A program made the position numbers and the translations under genes. From NCBI GenBank assembly GCA_963848635.1, contig CAWKEA010000005.1:111341-175340 (forward strand): a stretch of DNA of 64,000 bases. The letters run 5' to 3'. Position 1 is the first letter of the stretch; each line of letters begins with the position of its first letter. The notes under the pieces are model-generated. The model made no database searches, was not told where the DNA came from, and saw nothing but the letters and a program-made list of their open reading frames with translations. Below are positions 29,305-38,600 of the stretch, one piece after another. The DNA comes from an uncultured bacterium (GTDB lineage: Bacteria > Patescibacteriota > Minisyncoccia > Phycocordibacterales > PALSA-1337).

Positions 29305-30582
29305 TTATTTTTCCATCTCTTCCTTTAAAAATTCTCGCGCACCGGGTGTAGTCATCCATATATTGCCTTGAGCTTGCCAGTATAGCCATGCCTCGTCTTC
29401 GCCACCGACTCTTACTCGGCCAGGGATAAGTTCAGGTTGTGGATGTTCTATTTTTAATATCTCCTTGAATACATGCAAGTTATATTTTTTATGCATTTTT
29501 ATAGCCGCCTTGACTTCATCGAGCCGTCCAAGCTTGTACAGAGCCAGAATTTTTCCTGTAACAAGTTCTTGTACCATATCTTCGGGATATTTCTCCGATA
29601 AAACCAGAAGCTTTTCGAGCTTGCCAGTCTTGAGGTAAGCTGTAGCCAGAAAAGCGCGCATCCCTTGATTGTCATTCGGATTGAGAGCGATCATCTCTTC
29701 GTAGAGCGGTATTGCCTGCAATGGGCCATCCTCGGTATCGACAAAAGTTGCGTACTCTCCCAGCAAAAGCATAAACGGCCTATTTTCAAGCATTGCCCAC
29801 ATTAAAATATCTTTACCTAACTTGAAATCTTTAGGCAATAAAGCTCGACCTGCAGTAATTGAGTTTTCTAAAACATTCCTTGCGCTCTTCGCATCTCCTC
29901 TCATAAAAGCGTTCTTGGCAATGCGAATCGCTCCTTCAAAAAATAAAGGATGCTTTTCAACAGCAATCTTCATCATCTCGACTATATCTTCTGCATTATC
30001 TAAAAGCATCCTATCCTCCATGAGCTGTTCATCGAGTTCTTCACCGATATCTTCATCAATAGCATCTAAATCACGGATCATGCTACGCAACATTTGAATC
30101 TCGATTGGATACTCAAATTCCCATTCATTTTTTGCTCTTTTCACGATTCGAACATCTTTCGGAAATCGTTTTGAAAATATTTCATAAAAATTGCGGCGAT
30201 ATTTCAACGGCAGATCGGCTGCTGTATTTTTTTCTCCTTTGCTCTCTTTCCTACTGCGTTCAACCATCTCGCGCGGAGATAGACCGTTCAATGAATTGTG
30301 CGGAAAATGATTCCAGGCCTCCATAACAAGATCTGCTCCTTTTTGAAAGTCTTTTTGAGATGCATTTTCAAGAAGAAACGTGATCATTCGTGATGGCAAC
30401 TTTATATCATCATCGTTCCAAATCATATCTTTCATATCGTCTACTGTCAATTTCTCGTGGATATTCAACGTGGAAAGAAAGCGGCCTAATCTTTCCTCAA
30501 ACTCCATGAGATCGAAATAAATATCGCTCTTCAACAAATGAATATCAGGTATAACTTTTTTTGTTTTGATGATTTTTTTCAT
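29305..30582 (-). CDS. Hypothetical protein, 425 aa, with TPR-like helical repeats in the C-terminal half
   Basis: Helical-repeat sequence; no catalytic motifs seen. Confidence 0.5.
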   Translation of the reverse strand: MKKIIKTKKVIPDIHLLKSDIYFDLMEFEERLGRFLSTLNIHEKLTVDDMKDMIWNDDDIKLPSRMITFLLENASQKDFQKGADLVMEAWNHFPHNSLNGLSPREMVERSRKESKGEKNTAADLPLKYRRNFYEIFSKRFPKDVRIVKRAKNEWEFEYPIEIQMLRSMIRDLDAIDEDIGEELDEQLMEDRMLLDNAEDIVEMMKIAVEKHPLFFEGAIRIAKNAFMRGDAKSARNVLENSITAGRALLPKDFKLGKDILMWAMLENRPFMLLLGEYATFVDTEDGPLQAIPLYEEMIALNPNDNQGMRAFLATAYLKTGKLEKLLVLSEKYPEDMVQELVTGKILALYKLGRLDEVKAAIKMHKKYNLHVFKEILKIEHPQPELIPGRVRVGGEDEAWLYWQAQGNIWMTTPGAREFLKEEMEK

Positions 30583-30604
30583 GATTCGATGATATCATAC
30601 ACCC

Positions 30605-30643
30605 ATCCCAGCTGCCATTTGAAGTGTGTGGTGACGAGCTCTA
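30605..30643. repeat. Direct repeat A: copy of the last about 36 bp of the histidine phosphatase gene (encodes ..LVTTHFKWQLGW)
   Basis: gctgccatttgaagtgtgtggtgacgagct is 29/30 identical to 32030-32059. Confidence 0.8.
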
Positions 30644-30653
30644 ATAATGGCCG

Positions 30654-30941
30654 TTATGATTCTTGCATATAATCTATCACGATTTCGATTATTTTTTTGA
30701 CGGTCTCATTGCAGTTCTTGAATGAAATCTTATCTATGATCTCACCGCCAAGGACTCGAATGACATCGCTTATGAGCGCGTGTACGAATGATTGCGTCGC
30801 TGAATCGACGCCGACAAAATCTAAAGTCACTTCCTCGCCTTTTTCTAAAGCAGGGATTATCTTCTCTTTTCGTAAAGATTGTGCGATGTCTTTATTTTCT
30901 GCAAATGAGCCGACATGATCGATGAGTTTTATTATTAGCAT
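30654..30941 (-). CDS. STAS-like small protein (DUF4325-like), predicted partner of the upstream GHKL ATPase
   Basis: 95 aa; ..IIPALEKGEEVTLDFVGVDSATQSFVHALISDVIRVLG.. resembles STAS-like single-domain proteins encoded next to HATPase_c proteins. Confidence 0.55.
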   Translation of the reverse strand: MLIIKLIDHVGSFAENKDIAQSLRKEKIIPALEKGEEVTLDFVGVDSATQSFVHALISDVIRVLGGEIIDKISFKNCNETVKKIIEIVIDYMQES

Positions 30942-30968
30942 GATATTTTTTGTATACTATTGGATGGA

Positions 30969-31931
30969 TTAAATAAATTTTGGTTTGCGGTATCGTTCAA
31001 CCCGTCTTTCCCTGACTGCCTTTCTGTAGGTATCTCTGATAAGGTCAAGCAAAGCATTGAATTCATTCGTTGAGTCGAGCGATATGTCTATCCCGATTAC
31101 GGTTCCCCGCCAAACAGGCATATCTGGACTTTCCGAGTGCCTATCAAATACAGGATCTGCATGCAGCATCAACTCCTTTTCCTCCTTTCTACGTAATAGT
31201 TTATACATACCCATGCCACTATATATGACAAAAAAATCCCGATTAGTATAAGCGATAGATTTTATGAAGAATAGACCAGCACCAGCATTCTGAGCAGTAC
31301 CACCACCACGCGACGTTGTACCAGTAACCCCCGGCATCATTGCAAGTTTGATCGCATCGATATCGTCACTCGTCGCATGCGCACGGCTCAAACTCTTTCG
31401 TATGCCGATGCCAGTGTCAGCGATGCCGATACGGATCGAGTTGCTTTTCTTAAAGTATTGAGCGCATAGGATCGCGCCGTCTTTCGTCTCCGCGTGCTCC
31501 AAAACATTTCGAACGAGCTCACTGACGATATATCTGATAGGTTCTGCCTGTTGTGGCGCTAGATGCAGCATTGGTATCATCTCTGTGATAAATCTCGTCA
31601 ACTGATCCGAGTTCGTTATTTGCGTTAACGGCACGAATCTGCCTGACGGATCATGCTCGGTGATTTTCATGCCAGATTCAACTCCTAAAAAATTGAATAG
31701 GCCCATTCTTTCGAGGTAATGTCCTGATCTTGCGGTGATTTTTTGGCATTCAATATTTTTCTTACCTAATTTTACGGCAAGAGAAGCGATCATACTCAAA
31801 GCAACAGGATGTAGCCATATCCATTTATCGGCAGCCGTTATCGAAAGCCTATAGGAATCACTAGGATCAAACCCTGTAATGAATTGGTCTATGTTTCCCA
31901 GAAAAGCACCGTGTGGTAAATGTATCTTCAT
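30969..31931 (-). CDS. GHKL-superfamily ATPase (histidine-kinase/anti-sigma-kinase-like HATPase_c) with a 130-aa N-terminal extension
   Basis: N-box SELVRNVLEHA, G1 box IADTGIGI, G2 box GGGTAQNAGAGLFF; no HisKA/phosphoacceptor domain. Confidence 0.7.
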   Translation of the reverse strand: MKIHLPHGAFLGNIDQFITGFDPSDSYRLSITAADKWIWLHPVALSMIASLAVKLGKKNIECQKITARSGHYLERMGLFNFLGVESGMKITEHDPSGRFVPLTQITNSDQLTRFITEMIPMLHLAPQQAEPIRYIVSELVRNVLEHAETKDGAILCAQYFKKSNSIRIGIADTGIGIRKSLSRAHATSDDIDAIKLAMMPGVTGTTSRGGGTAQNAGAGLFFIKSIAYTNRDFFVIYSGMGMYKLLRRKEEKELMLHADPVFDRHSESPDMPVWRGTVIGIDISLDSTNEFNALLDLIRDTYRKAVRERRVERYRKPKFI

Positions 31932-32003
31932 ACCGGGAATTCTACATTATACACGAAAATTAGCAATTTTCTATAATTCCCGGTGATTTAAGCCATAATT
32001 TAA

Positions 32004-32582
32004 CTACTTCATATCGTAACACCACCCTGGCTGCCATTTGAAGTGCGTGGTGACGAGCTTTTCATACGGCGTGCCCTCGAGGATATGCTGGATGGCGTAC
32101 TGGGTGGCGCGGTGGCCGATGATCATGACTCTCTTGCCGGAATAGTCGCGGGCGAGGTCATCGAGAAAGGACTTCATGCGCGCCAGGGTTTGGTCATAGC
32201 TCTCGCCATTCGGGAACGGGACATGGAGGCGGCCGGGCTTTTCCGCGTCGACGACTTCGCTCGGCTTTTGGGTCAGGTCGCCATAGTCGCATTCGCGTAG
32301 ACGTTTATCGCGGATTATAGGCCAACGATTTCCAAAGCCGATCTCTGCCGAACGATAGGCGCGAGCCAGGTCCGAGGTGAAGACCGCGTCGAAATGGTCG
32401 TCCTTGTACCTCTCGCCCATCTCGCGCGATTGCTGCTCGCCGAGTGGCGACAAAGCCACGTCGTTCCAGCCCGAGGAAAGGTGGGCTTCATTGTCGAACG
32501 TCGTGCCGTGCGCTTCAAAGATGAGGCCTACGGCTCTCTGAGCCTCAGGCTCGAATGAGGTGAGGGGTTTGGGCATGTGCAA
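32004..32582 (-). CDS. Histidine phosphatase superfamily protein (phosphoglycerate-mutase-like); catalytic RHG appears as AHG
   Basis: GLIFEAHGTTFDN...SPLGEQQSREMG...DAVFTSDLARA follows the branch-1 histidine phosphatase layout. Confidence 0.65.
   Translation of the reverse strand: MHMPKPLTSFEPEAQRAVGLIFEAHGTTFDNEAHLSSGWNDVALSPLGEQQSREMGERYKDDHFDAVFTSDLARAYRSAEIGFGNRWPIIRDKRLRECDYGDLTQKPSEVVDAEKPGRLHVPFPNGESYDQTLARMKSFLDDLARDYSGKRVMIIGHRATQYAIQHILEGTPYEKLVTTHFKWQPGWCYDMK
32024..32061. repeat. Direct repeat B: the native 3' end of the histidine phosphatase gene, partner of repeat A
   Basis: Same as repeat A; the two repeats bracket 30644-32023. Confidence 0.8.
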
Positions 32583-32715
32583 AGTATATACCAGACCCCT
32601 TGATTTTCAAGCTGCTTTGATGTATATTCTTAGAGTCTTTCGGTCGTACCATTTGACCGAAAGGGTTTTACATCCAAGGGCAGTCCTCCTCGCGGAGGGC
32701 TGCTTTCGTTACTGC

Positions 32716-33282
32716 CTATTCGAGCTGTTGTCGACGCTTTAACTCCCTGCCCCAGATATCATCTGTAATGTCGAGCACATCGAAATATCCGTCTGTTCCT
32801 GTCTTTAATTCTTGTGAGATATTGTTCTTTGAGGAGAATACGAAGACTTTCTTGCCGCCGTTGCGGACATACGAGACGAGCGCCAAGAAATCAGAATCGC
32901 CGGAGAATAGGACTGCTGTGTCGTATTTTTTCATATGAGTGATCACATCTATAGTTATTTCAACGTCCATGTTGCCTTTTTCTTCGATAGCTTCTCCGGT
33001 CGATGTCGTTACGGTTATCCGCTTCAGCTCTTTTTTGCGAACGGTTATGCCCAGTCCTTTTTTCATATAGGTGAAGAATTTATGCTTGCCATCGAGGTCA
33101 TAATCCCTCGTGCCTTCTTTTGGATAGGCTGTGTAATAGAAGAACTCGACAGATGAACCCTCGAGCTTTGTCTTGAGCACCTCCTTCAACTTTGCATAAT
33201 CAAAAAAGCGACCCTTGGTCTTCTGGGCTTGCCAAACGTTCGATGCGTCTATGAATACCGAGATCCTGTTTTTACTGGACAT
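32716..33282 (-). CDS. NYN/LabA-like (PIN-fold) nuclease domain protein
   Basis: ISVFIDASNVW...FSGDSDF acidic NYN motifs. Confidence 0.7.
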   Translation of the reverse strand: MSSKNRISVFIDASNVWQAQKTKGRFFDYAKLKEVLKTKLEGSSVEFFYYTAYPKEGTRDYDLDGKHKFFTYMKKGLGITVRKKELKRITVTTSTGEAIEEKGNMDVEITIDVITHMKKYDTAVLFSGDSDFLALVSYVRNGGKKVFVFSSKNNISQELKTGTDGYFDVLDITDDIWGRELKRRQQLE

Positions 33283-33448
33283 TCTGACAATTATACCATT
33301 TTCTTTGTTTCAGCTGAAATAAATACAAATTGACGGCCTAATGATTACACCGAAATGATCTCGAACTTATCATCTATGACCAAAACGGCTTAATGGTACT
33401 TTTGTGAGGCTGTATCGGAATGTATAACAAAATATACACTCTAAATTG

Positions 33449-33491
33449 AATGTATAAAAATACTTGACTTTTTTATACATTCGTATATGAT
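33449..33491 (+). promoter_or_regulatory. fic promoter (TTGACT, 16-nt spacer, TATGAT) embedded in a perfect 12-bp inverted repeat operator AATGTATAAAAA-N9-TTTTTATACATT
   Basis: Inverted repeat 33449-33460 and 33470-33481, both read directly; -35 at 33464-33469, -10 at 33486-33491, ATG at 33515. Confidence 0.6.
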
Positions 33492-33514
33492 TGTATTATT
33501 AACTAACATAAACA

Positions 33515-34630
33515 ATGCCTAATTTCATTGGAGAGAAGGAAATATTCGATATCAAAATCAAATCCACCTTAGAAAACATGGAGGTTCTAAAGAAACTTGA
33601 GACGGCGTCACGCTGTATAGGAGAGGTCAACAACATCGTCTCAAATGTTCTAGAATTTGATTTCATCATTTCAGCCCTAAAAAATATAGAGGCTCTTAAT
33701 AGTGCCCGCATAGAGGGAACGACTGGAAATCTCAAGGATCTATACCTTGAAGAGTCTCTCGATTTCGAAAAGAAGAAACGCCTGAAGCTTTTTAGCGCTG
33801 TAAACTACAAGCTCACAATGAGCGAGCTAGAAGACATCGTCAAAGGACACAAGGTTGTCGATTTGTCCTTGATCCGACATTTGCATAAACTTCTCACCGA
33901 AAATGATCCATCGACCCAAGGAACTCCGGGTAGCTTTAGAAATGTTGAGGTAAAGATACAAAACAGTAAGCTGGGAGATTTTTACCCCGTGCATCCAACA
34001 AAAATGCAGGATTTCACGTCAAGGCTGGTGGCTGAGATTGATTCCAGATCTGCTTTCCCTTCTCTGTTGCAAACGGGAATAACCCACTATCAATTTGAAT
34101 CTATACATCCATTTGAGGATGGAAATGGTAGGACTGGCAGATTGCTCATCATCGCGCAATTGCTTATCGATAAATCTCTCATATCTGCAGTATTGAATTT
34201 GAGTCAGTACTTTGATACTCATCGAGAAGAATACGTCGCTGCGCTAAGATCTGTGAGCGATAAAGCTGATTTCACTGATTGGATACTATTCTTTCTTGAA
34301 GCAATCATATGCCAGACTGTGCATAATATTGACCTTATTAAAAAACTAAGATCTCTAAAAGAGAGCAACGAAATGCTCATAAATGAAAATACCCGTTCTT
34401 CGGCGGCTTTGCACGTGTTGAACCATTCTCTCAATGAGCTATATATCACGATAACGAGCGCGGAGGCATTTCTTCGAAAGAAAAAAGTTAAGGGTGATTT
34501 GAGACAAATGGCAAGAAATAATATCTTATTGCTCAAAAAAATTGGCATCCTAGACATAACTACTTACAAAAAAGGCCGTTCTCAAGCTTATGTGCATAAG
34601 CAGCTTAAAGATATGTTGATGAGACCATAG
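33515..34630 (+). CDS. Fic/Doc-family protein (Fido), class II, with N-terminal inhibitory helix
   Basis: Active-site HPFEDGNGRTGR; inhibitory motif SARIEG ((S/T)xxxE(G/N)) near the N-terminus. Confidence 0.85.
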   Translation: MPNFIGEKEIFDIKIKSTLENMEVLKKLETASRCIGEVNNIVSNVLEFDFIISALKNIEALNSARIEGTTGNLKDLYLEESLDFEKKKRLKLFSAVNYKLTMSELEDIVKGHKVVDLSLIRHLHKLLTENDPSTQGTPGSFRNVEVKIQNSKLGDFYPVHPTKMQDFTSRLVAEIDSRSAFPSLLQTGITHYQFESIHPFEDGNGRTGRLLIIAQLLIDKSLISAVLNLSQYFDTHREEYVAALRSVSDKADFTDWILFFLEAIICQTVHNIDLIKKLRSLKESNEMLINENTRSSAALHVLNHSLNELYITITSAEAFLRKKKVKGDLRQMARNNILLLKKIGILDITTYKKGRSQAYVHKQLKDMLMRP

Positions 34631-34721
34631 TCATATTGATATCGATCAATGTATACTATAGATATGTCTGCGGGTCGTCAGACCTATCTGGCTTATATTA
34701 AAGTCGGAGACAGGCATACTA

Positions 34722-34750
34722 AAGGGCGTCACTTATGGTGGCGTTTTTTA
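34722..34750 (+). terminator. Probable rho-independent terminator for fic
   Basis: gggcgtcacttatggtggcg followed by tttttt. Confidence 0.5.
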
Positions 34751-34854
34751 GTGTGTCTTCGTTGTTAATAAATGTGATATAATATTTTTGAGTAACCTCG
34801 CCGGACTATATGTCCGGTTTTTCCGTCTTTACCTTAATACATATCCAGCACTTT

Positions 34855-35643
34855 TCATTTAATTATCGGAAACAATGCTTCCTTCCCTTCGGTCCATTCT
34901 TTGTAGAGATGCTTGTTCGCAGCGATGAAATCGAGGTTGTTGAAATCATACTTCGTGCTGCCGATATTGGCGACGATGCCGCCCGCTTCGGAAACGAGGA
35001 GCGAGCCGGGAGCGTAATCATAATCCTCTCCATATGGATTTAAGCAAATCCTTCCCTCGAGCTTGCCGGTGGCCACGAGGACGTATTCATATCCCGAGGT
35101 CACAGCCCTGAAGAATTTCGTCTTCTGTGAAAATTTGAGGAACTTCTCCATATTTTCCGGCCTGTCTCGCTTTTCGATCTGCGACTCATACGCCGCATAT
35201 GAATTGGATACCGGGCGCTCGCTCACATGGATACGCTCGTCGTTCATATAGGCACCCTCGCCGCGCCGCGCGTGATAGACGACATCATTGATGAAGTCGT
35301 AGATGATGCTGAAATTGACCCGGGCCTCCTCGATGAGAGCGAGCATCGTCGTGCAGAACGGCAAGCCACGGATATAATGCGCAGTGCCGTCTATCGGATC
35401 GGCTATCCAAAACCGCTTGGCCTTCCTGTTGCCGCCAAACTCCTCGCCGACAAAGTCCGCTTCCGGATCGATCTTCTTTAGCTCTCTCGCATAATACCGT
35501 TCGATCTCCTCGTCGAGCTCTGTCACGACATTGGCCGCAGAGCTGTCTTTTTGCTTCGTCGCCTCAATCTTGCCCCAGTGCGGCAAGAGCATGGCTCGCG
35601 TGCCGCGAACCATTCGTATCACCTGTTCGTCTTTTGTTTTCAT
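34855..35643 (-). CDS. Inositol monophosphatase family protein (SuhB/CysQ-like)
   Basis: WIADPIDGTAHYIRG metal-binding motif and the IMPase fold pattern. Confidence 0.8.
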   Translation of the reverse strand: MKTKDEQVIRMVRGTRAMLLPHWGKIEATKQKDSSAANVVTELDEEIERYYARELKKIDPEADFVGEEFGGNRKAKRFWIADPIDGTAHYIRGLPFCTTMLALIEEARVNFSIIYDFINDVVYHARRGEGAYMNDERIHVSERPVSNSYAAYESQIEKRDRPENMEKFLKFSQKTKFFRAVTSGYEYVLVATGKLEGRICLNPYGEDYDYAPGSLLVSEAGGIVANIGSTKYDFNNLDFIAANKHLYKEWTEGKEALFPIIK

Positions 35644-35843
35644 GCCTTTATCCTACTACCACCAGATTTTTTGTCTATTGGAGAAAGAAAAGTCCCACAC
35701 CGCTCTTTTCAGGGAGTGCAGGACATATGAACTGGCAAGAGCGGTCAGAACCTGAGCGAAACATTCGCCGTGTAGAGAATGAAATCCTTGTACACGACGC
35801 CACCGAACGATTACGAACGACCTGTTGACTTTTCTAGTTTATT

Positions 35844-36782
35844 ATGTTAAGATTGAATCAGAAACACCGAACAGCTTTCATAAACAAACAAAGGCTGAAC
35901 AGAGTCTTTGACAACAAAAAAAGGAATCATATGAGTCTATTATTCGCATTGCTTGGCATGGTCATAGGGGCGTTGTACACATGGTGTATATGCCCCACCA
36001 ACTACATAGCCATGGTTATCGGCGCGGTCATCTTCGGCACGATAACATTGTGCCTGTATAAAATGCAGCGCACCAGGATTTGGTTTGCTTTGTTCGTACG
36101 GAGACATCCTTGGACATTGCCTGTATTTTTTTTCCTGGTCTTGCTCGTGCCCATAGTCAGTTTGGGAATAAGCCACCGGCACAATGGAGGAAGCGACAAG
36201 AACCAGCCAACTGTCCTGTCGAAAACCGAGACCAATGATCTCTCGGTCGCAGTTGCGTCGACGAATGTCACCGCCATCGCGGCTCCCCTGCCGAAAAACT
36301 CGATCATCATAAATATCGGCGGCGGAAGCATCGGATCGGCCATCGCGACGATCATGCAGAACCGTCAGCTATCGCAACCCCAACAGTTACAACAGCCGCA
36401 ACCGCCGACCGTGATCATCGTGACGAACACGGTCATCTACAGGACGGAAGAAAAAGCCGCCTTGGACGACCAACAATCCGCGATACCGTTGCCGGAGCCT
36501 AATCCGAACGGGTATGTTGAGAGAGAATACGTGATCCCGCCGAACGGATATCAGACCTTCTCAACTTCACCAAATACAGTCGTCTGCGCCTACTGCCCAT
36601 ATGCTGACAGCGACCGCGACGCGATCAGACTGTACTACGACGGCAAACCAGCGTCAGAATATCCTGAATACAGGAATTATGGTTCAGTCCAGGGGTTCAG
36701 CAGGTATGGGTTTCAAAACCAGGGCCAGCGGAGTATCCCGATAAGGATCAGGACCTCGTCTTCCGGACAAAGAAGGCGATGA
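35844..36782 (+). CDS. Hypothetical membrane protein with a Q/P-rich linker (the start may be the internal Met near 35931)
   Basis: Two or three TM helices then a low-complexity region. Confidence 0.45.
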   Translation: MLRLNQKHRTAFINKQRLNRVFDNKKRNHMSLLFALLGMVIGALYTWCICPTNYIAMVIGAVIFGTITLCLYKMQRTRIWFALFVRRHPWTLPVFFFLVLLVPIVSLGISHRHNGGSDKNQPTVLSKTETNDLSVAVASTNVTAIAAPLPKNSIIINIGGGSIGSAIATIMQNRQLSQPQQLQQPQPPTVIIVTNTVIYRTEEKAALDDQQSAIPLPEPNPNGYVEREYVIPPNGYQTFSTSPNTVVCAYCPYADSDRDAIRLYYDGKPASEYPEYRNYGSVQGFSRYGFQNQGQRSIPIRIRTSSSGQRRR

Positions 36783-36886
36783 TGGTAACAGAATACACAA
36801 AAGAGGGACGCTCGCGCTTCCCTCTTTTTTTCTTGCACCATTCTCTCTTTGCTTGATCTATATCTGTCTTTCTGTATACCGATCGG

Positions 36887-37153
36887 CTACAGCGGCGACG
36901 AGATATTCAGCGTATTCGCGATGAGCCGGATTATTCCATAGGCCCCCAACATGATGAACATGCCGATCGCAGAGTACAGTATATGCATCTGGCCGGTCGC
37001 GCGCCCTTCTGGGCTATCGGCACTTCTTATGAGCTTGTATACTCCCCAGATAAAGTAGACGAAAGCCAGTCCGAACAATAAAAGCAATCCTGGCTCGATT
37101 ATATTCGAAATGATCGGCGCAAGAATGGTTGACAGAGTGGAATTCGAGTTCAT
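36887..37153 (-). CDS. Small two-TM protein, paralog P1 of a five-member family with VirB2/TrbC-like topology
   Basis: Helix, short G/E/K loop, helix, then TxTF-like end, shared with the four upstream genes. Confidence 0.55.
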   Translation of the reverse strand: MNSNSTLSTILAPIISNIIEPGLLLLFGLAFVYFIWGVYKLIRSADSPEGRATGQMHILYSAIGMFIMLGAYGIIRLIANTLNISSPL

Positions 37154-37184
37154 GTGAGGACTATGATGGCGTTCTGCCTACAGG

Positions 37185-37565
37185 CTACTGGATTTGCGGA
37201 ACGGTCGGAATCTCGTTGGCATTGAGACCGTTGTTCGCGGTATTGAATGTCGAAGTCAAAAGATGCACAAGACCCCAGATACAGAGAATGATGGCGAGAC
37301 CGCCGATGCCCCAGAGAGCATTGTTGCGCCATTTCTTTGCGTTTTCGCCTCCGCTATCGACGATCCACACGACGACGCTGACGATGATCCATAGCACAGC
37401 CAGAGCTATCAAGACATCGATTGCTACATCGAACAGATACGTGAGACGTTGAGCCAACGTAGTGGCATCACTGATAGAACTCGGATTGACGCCTGACGGA
37501 GCGATAGACTGGGCAAAAGCGACTGACGGACCAAAAGAAACGAGTGCGATTATGAATTTTTTCAT
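37185..37565 (-). CDS. Secreted two-TM protein, paralog P2 (signal peptide plus C-terminal TM hairpin)
   Basis: MKKFIIALVSFGPSVAFAQ signal peptide; ..LIALAVLWIIVSVVVWIVDSGGENAKKWRNNALWGIGGLAIILCIWGLVHLLTSTF. Confidence 0.6.
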   Translation of the reverse strand: MKKFIIALVSFGPSVAFAQSIAPSGVNPSSISDATTLAQRLTYLFDVAIDVLIALAVLWIIVSVVVWIVDSGGENAKKWRNNALWGIGGLAIILCIWGLVHLLTSTFNTANNGLNANEIPTVPQIQ

Positions 37566-37696
37566 AGTTATTGGTTAATTCGATTAACTGCTCAAGTATA
37601 CCAGATTCAAGAGGTTTCAAGTATTGCGGCTGTGGATTATCGTATGGACGGGTTCGGTGCCGATTTTATTGTACGGATCAGCTGTTAAAGGATTAT

Positions 37697-38134
37697 TTAG
37701 TGAACAGTGATCGTATTGTTCGCGGTCGGCTGAGAGGCGGCGCCAGACGAGCCCGACGACGTGCATGAGGAGGCATTACTGCCGAACATATTGCCGAACG
37801 TCGTAGGCGCGGAATTGTTGAGGCTGAACGTATTCGTCACCAGATTGACGAGGCCCCAGAAGCAGACGATGACGGCGAATCCGATGATCCCCCAAAGGAT
37901 ATATGTCCCGCGCTCCTTGGTCTCTTTTTCAGTAAAGAAATACCGGAAGACATTGAAGATGAAGACGACCATCGCCAGGCCGATGATTATCTTGATGGCG
38001 GTGTTGAAATATCCGAGGGCTGACTGAGATATGGTGCAGAGCGTGACTGTCTGCGCCAAAGCGAACGAAGGGGCAACAGCGAGAGAGATGACTGCTATCG
38101 CTTGGGCGGTCTTTCTTTGAAAAAAATATTTCAT
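37697..38134 (-). CDS. Secreted two-TM protein, paralog P3
   Basis: Signal peptide; ..IIIGLAMVVFIFNVFRYFFTEKETKERGTYILWGIIGFAVIVCFWGLVNLVTNTF. Confidence 0.6.
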   Translation of the reverse strand: MKYFFQRKTAQAIAVISLAVAPSFALAQTVTLCTISQSALGYFNTAIKIIIGLAMVVFIFNVFRYFFTEKETKERGTYILWGIIGFAVIVCFWGLVNLVTNTFSLNNSAPTTFGNMFGSNASSCTSSGSSGAASQPTANNTITVH

Positions 38135-38191
38135 GGTTGTTTTATTATATCGATTTCTATTGTAATGGGCATGCTTTGTTCTGTCCGCGAT

Positions 38192-38599
38192 CTATTGCGT
38201 CGGGAGAAGCCCCGTTTGCACGACCCCGGCCGAAGTCAACGTGCTCTCAATGACCGAGACGATGACTTTTGCCCCGATGAGTATGGCCGTGCCGACCGAA
38301 ACCCATATGAACCAGCTCCATGCTTTATTGATCTCTTCTGGCTTGCCTTGGGCAAATATGAATTTAAAGCCGACATAGACATACATAATGACGGCTATGA
38401 CGGCGCCGATCGGAATGGCGATATTGACCGCGCTTGTGAGAAGCGTAGTGATGCTCGTCGCCTGGAGCGGATTACAGATCGCGGCAGAGCCGGACGAGCA
38501 CGGAACTGATGTCTGTGCGGAGGCGGCGAATGGCGCGCACGTGGCTAGAGCATTCAAAACAAGAGCGCTGACATAGAAAGCTGTGATTATTTTTTTCAT
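38192..38599 (-). CDS. Secreted two-TM protein, paralog P4
   Basis: Signal peptide; ..IPIGAVIAVIMYVYVGFKFIFAQGKPEEINKAWSWFIWVSVGTAILIGAKVIV. Confidence 0.6.
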   Translation of the reverse strand: MKKIITAFYVSALVLNALATCAPFAASAQTSVPCSSGSAAICNPLQATSITTLLTSAVNIAIPIGAVIAVIMYVYVGFKFIFAQGKPEEINKAWSWFIWVSVGTAILIGAKVIVSVIESTLTSAGVVQTGLLPTQ

Positions 38600-38600
38600 A

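Noticed and set aside
34780-34826. Hairpin ccggactatatgtccgg plus T-run read as a terminator for the IMPase gene
   Set aside because: The orientation is wrong for the minus-strand IMPase gene (the T-run is on the plus strand). It more likely ends a short plus-strand transcript or backs up the fic terminator.
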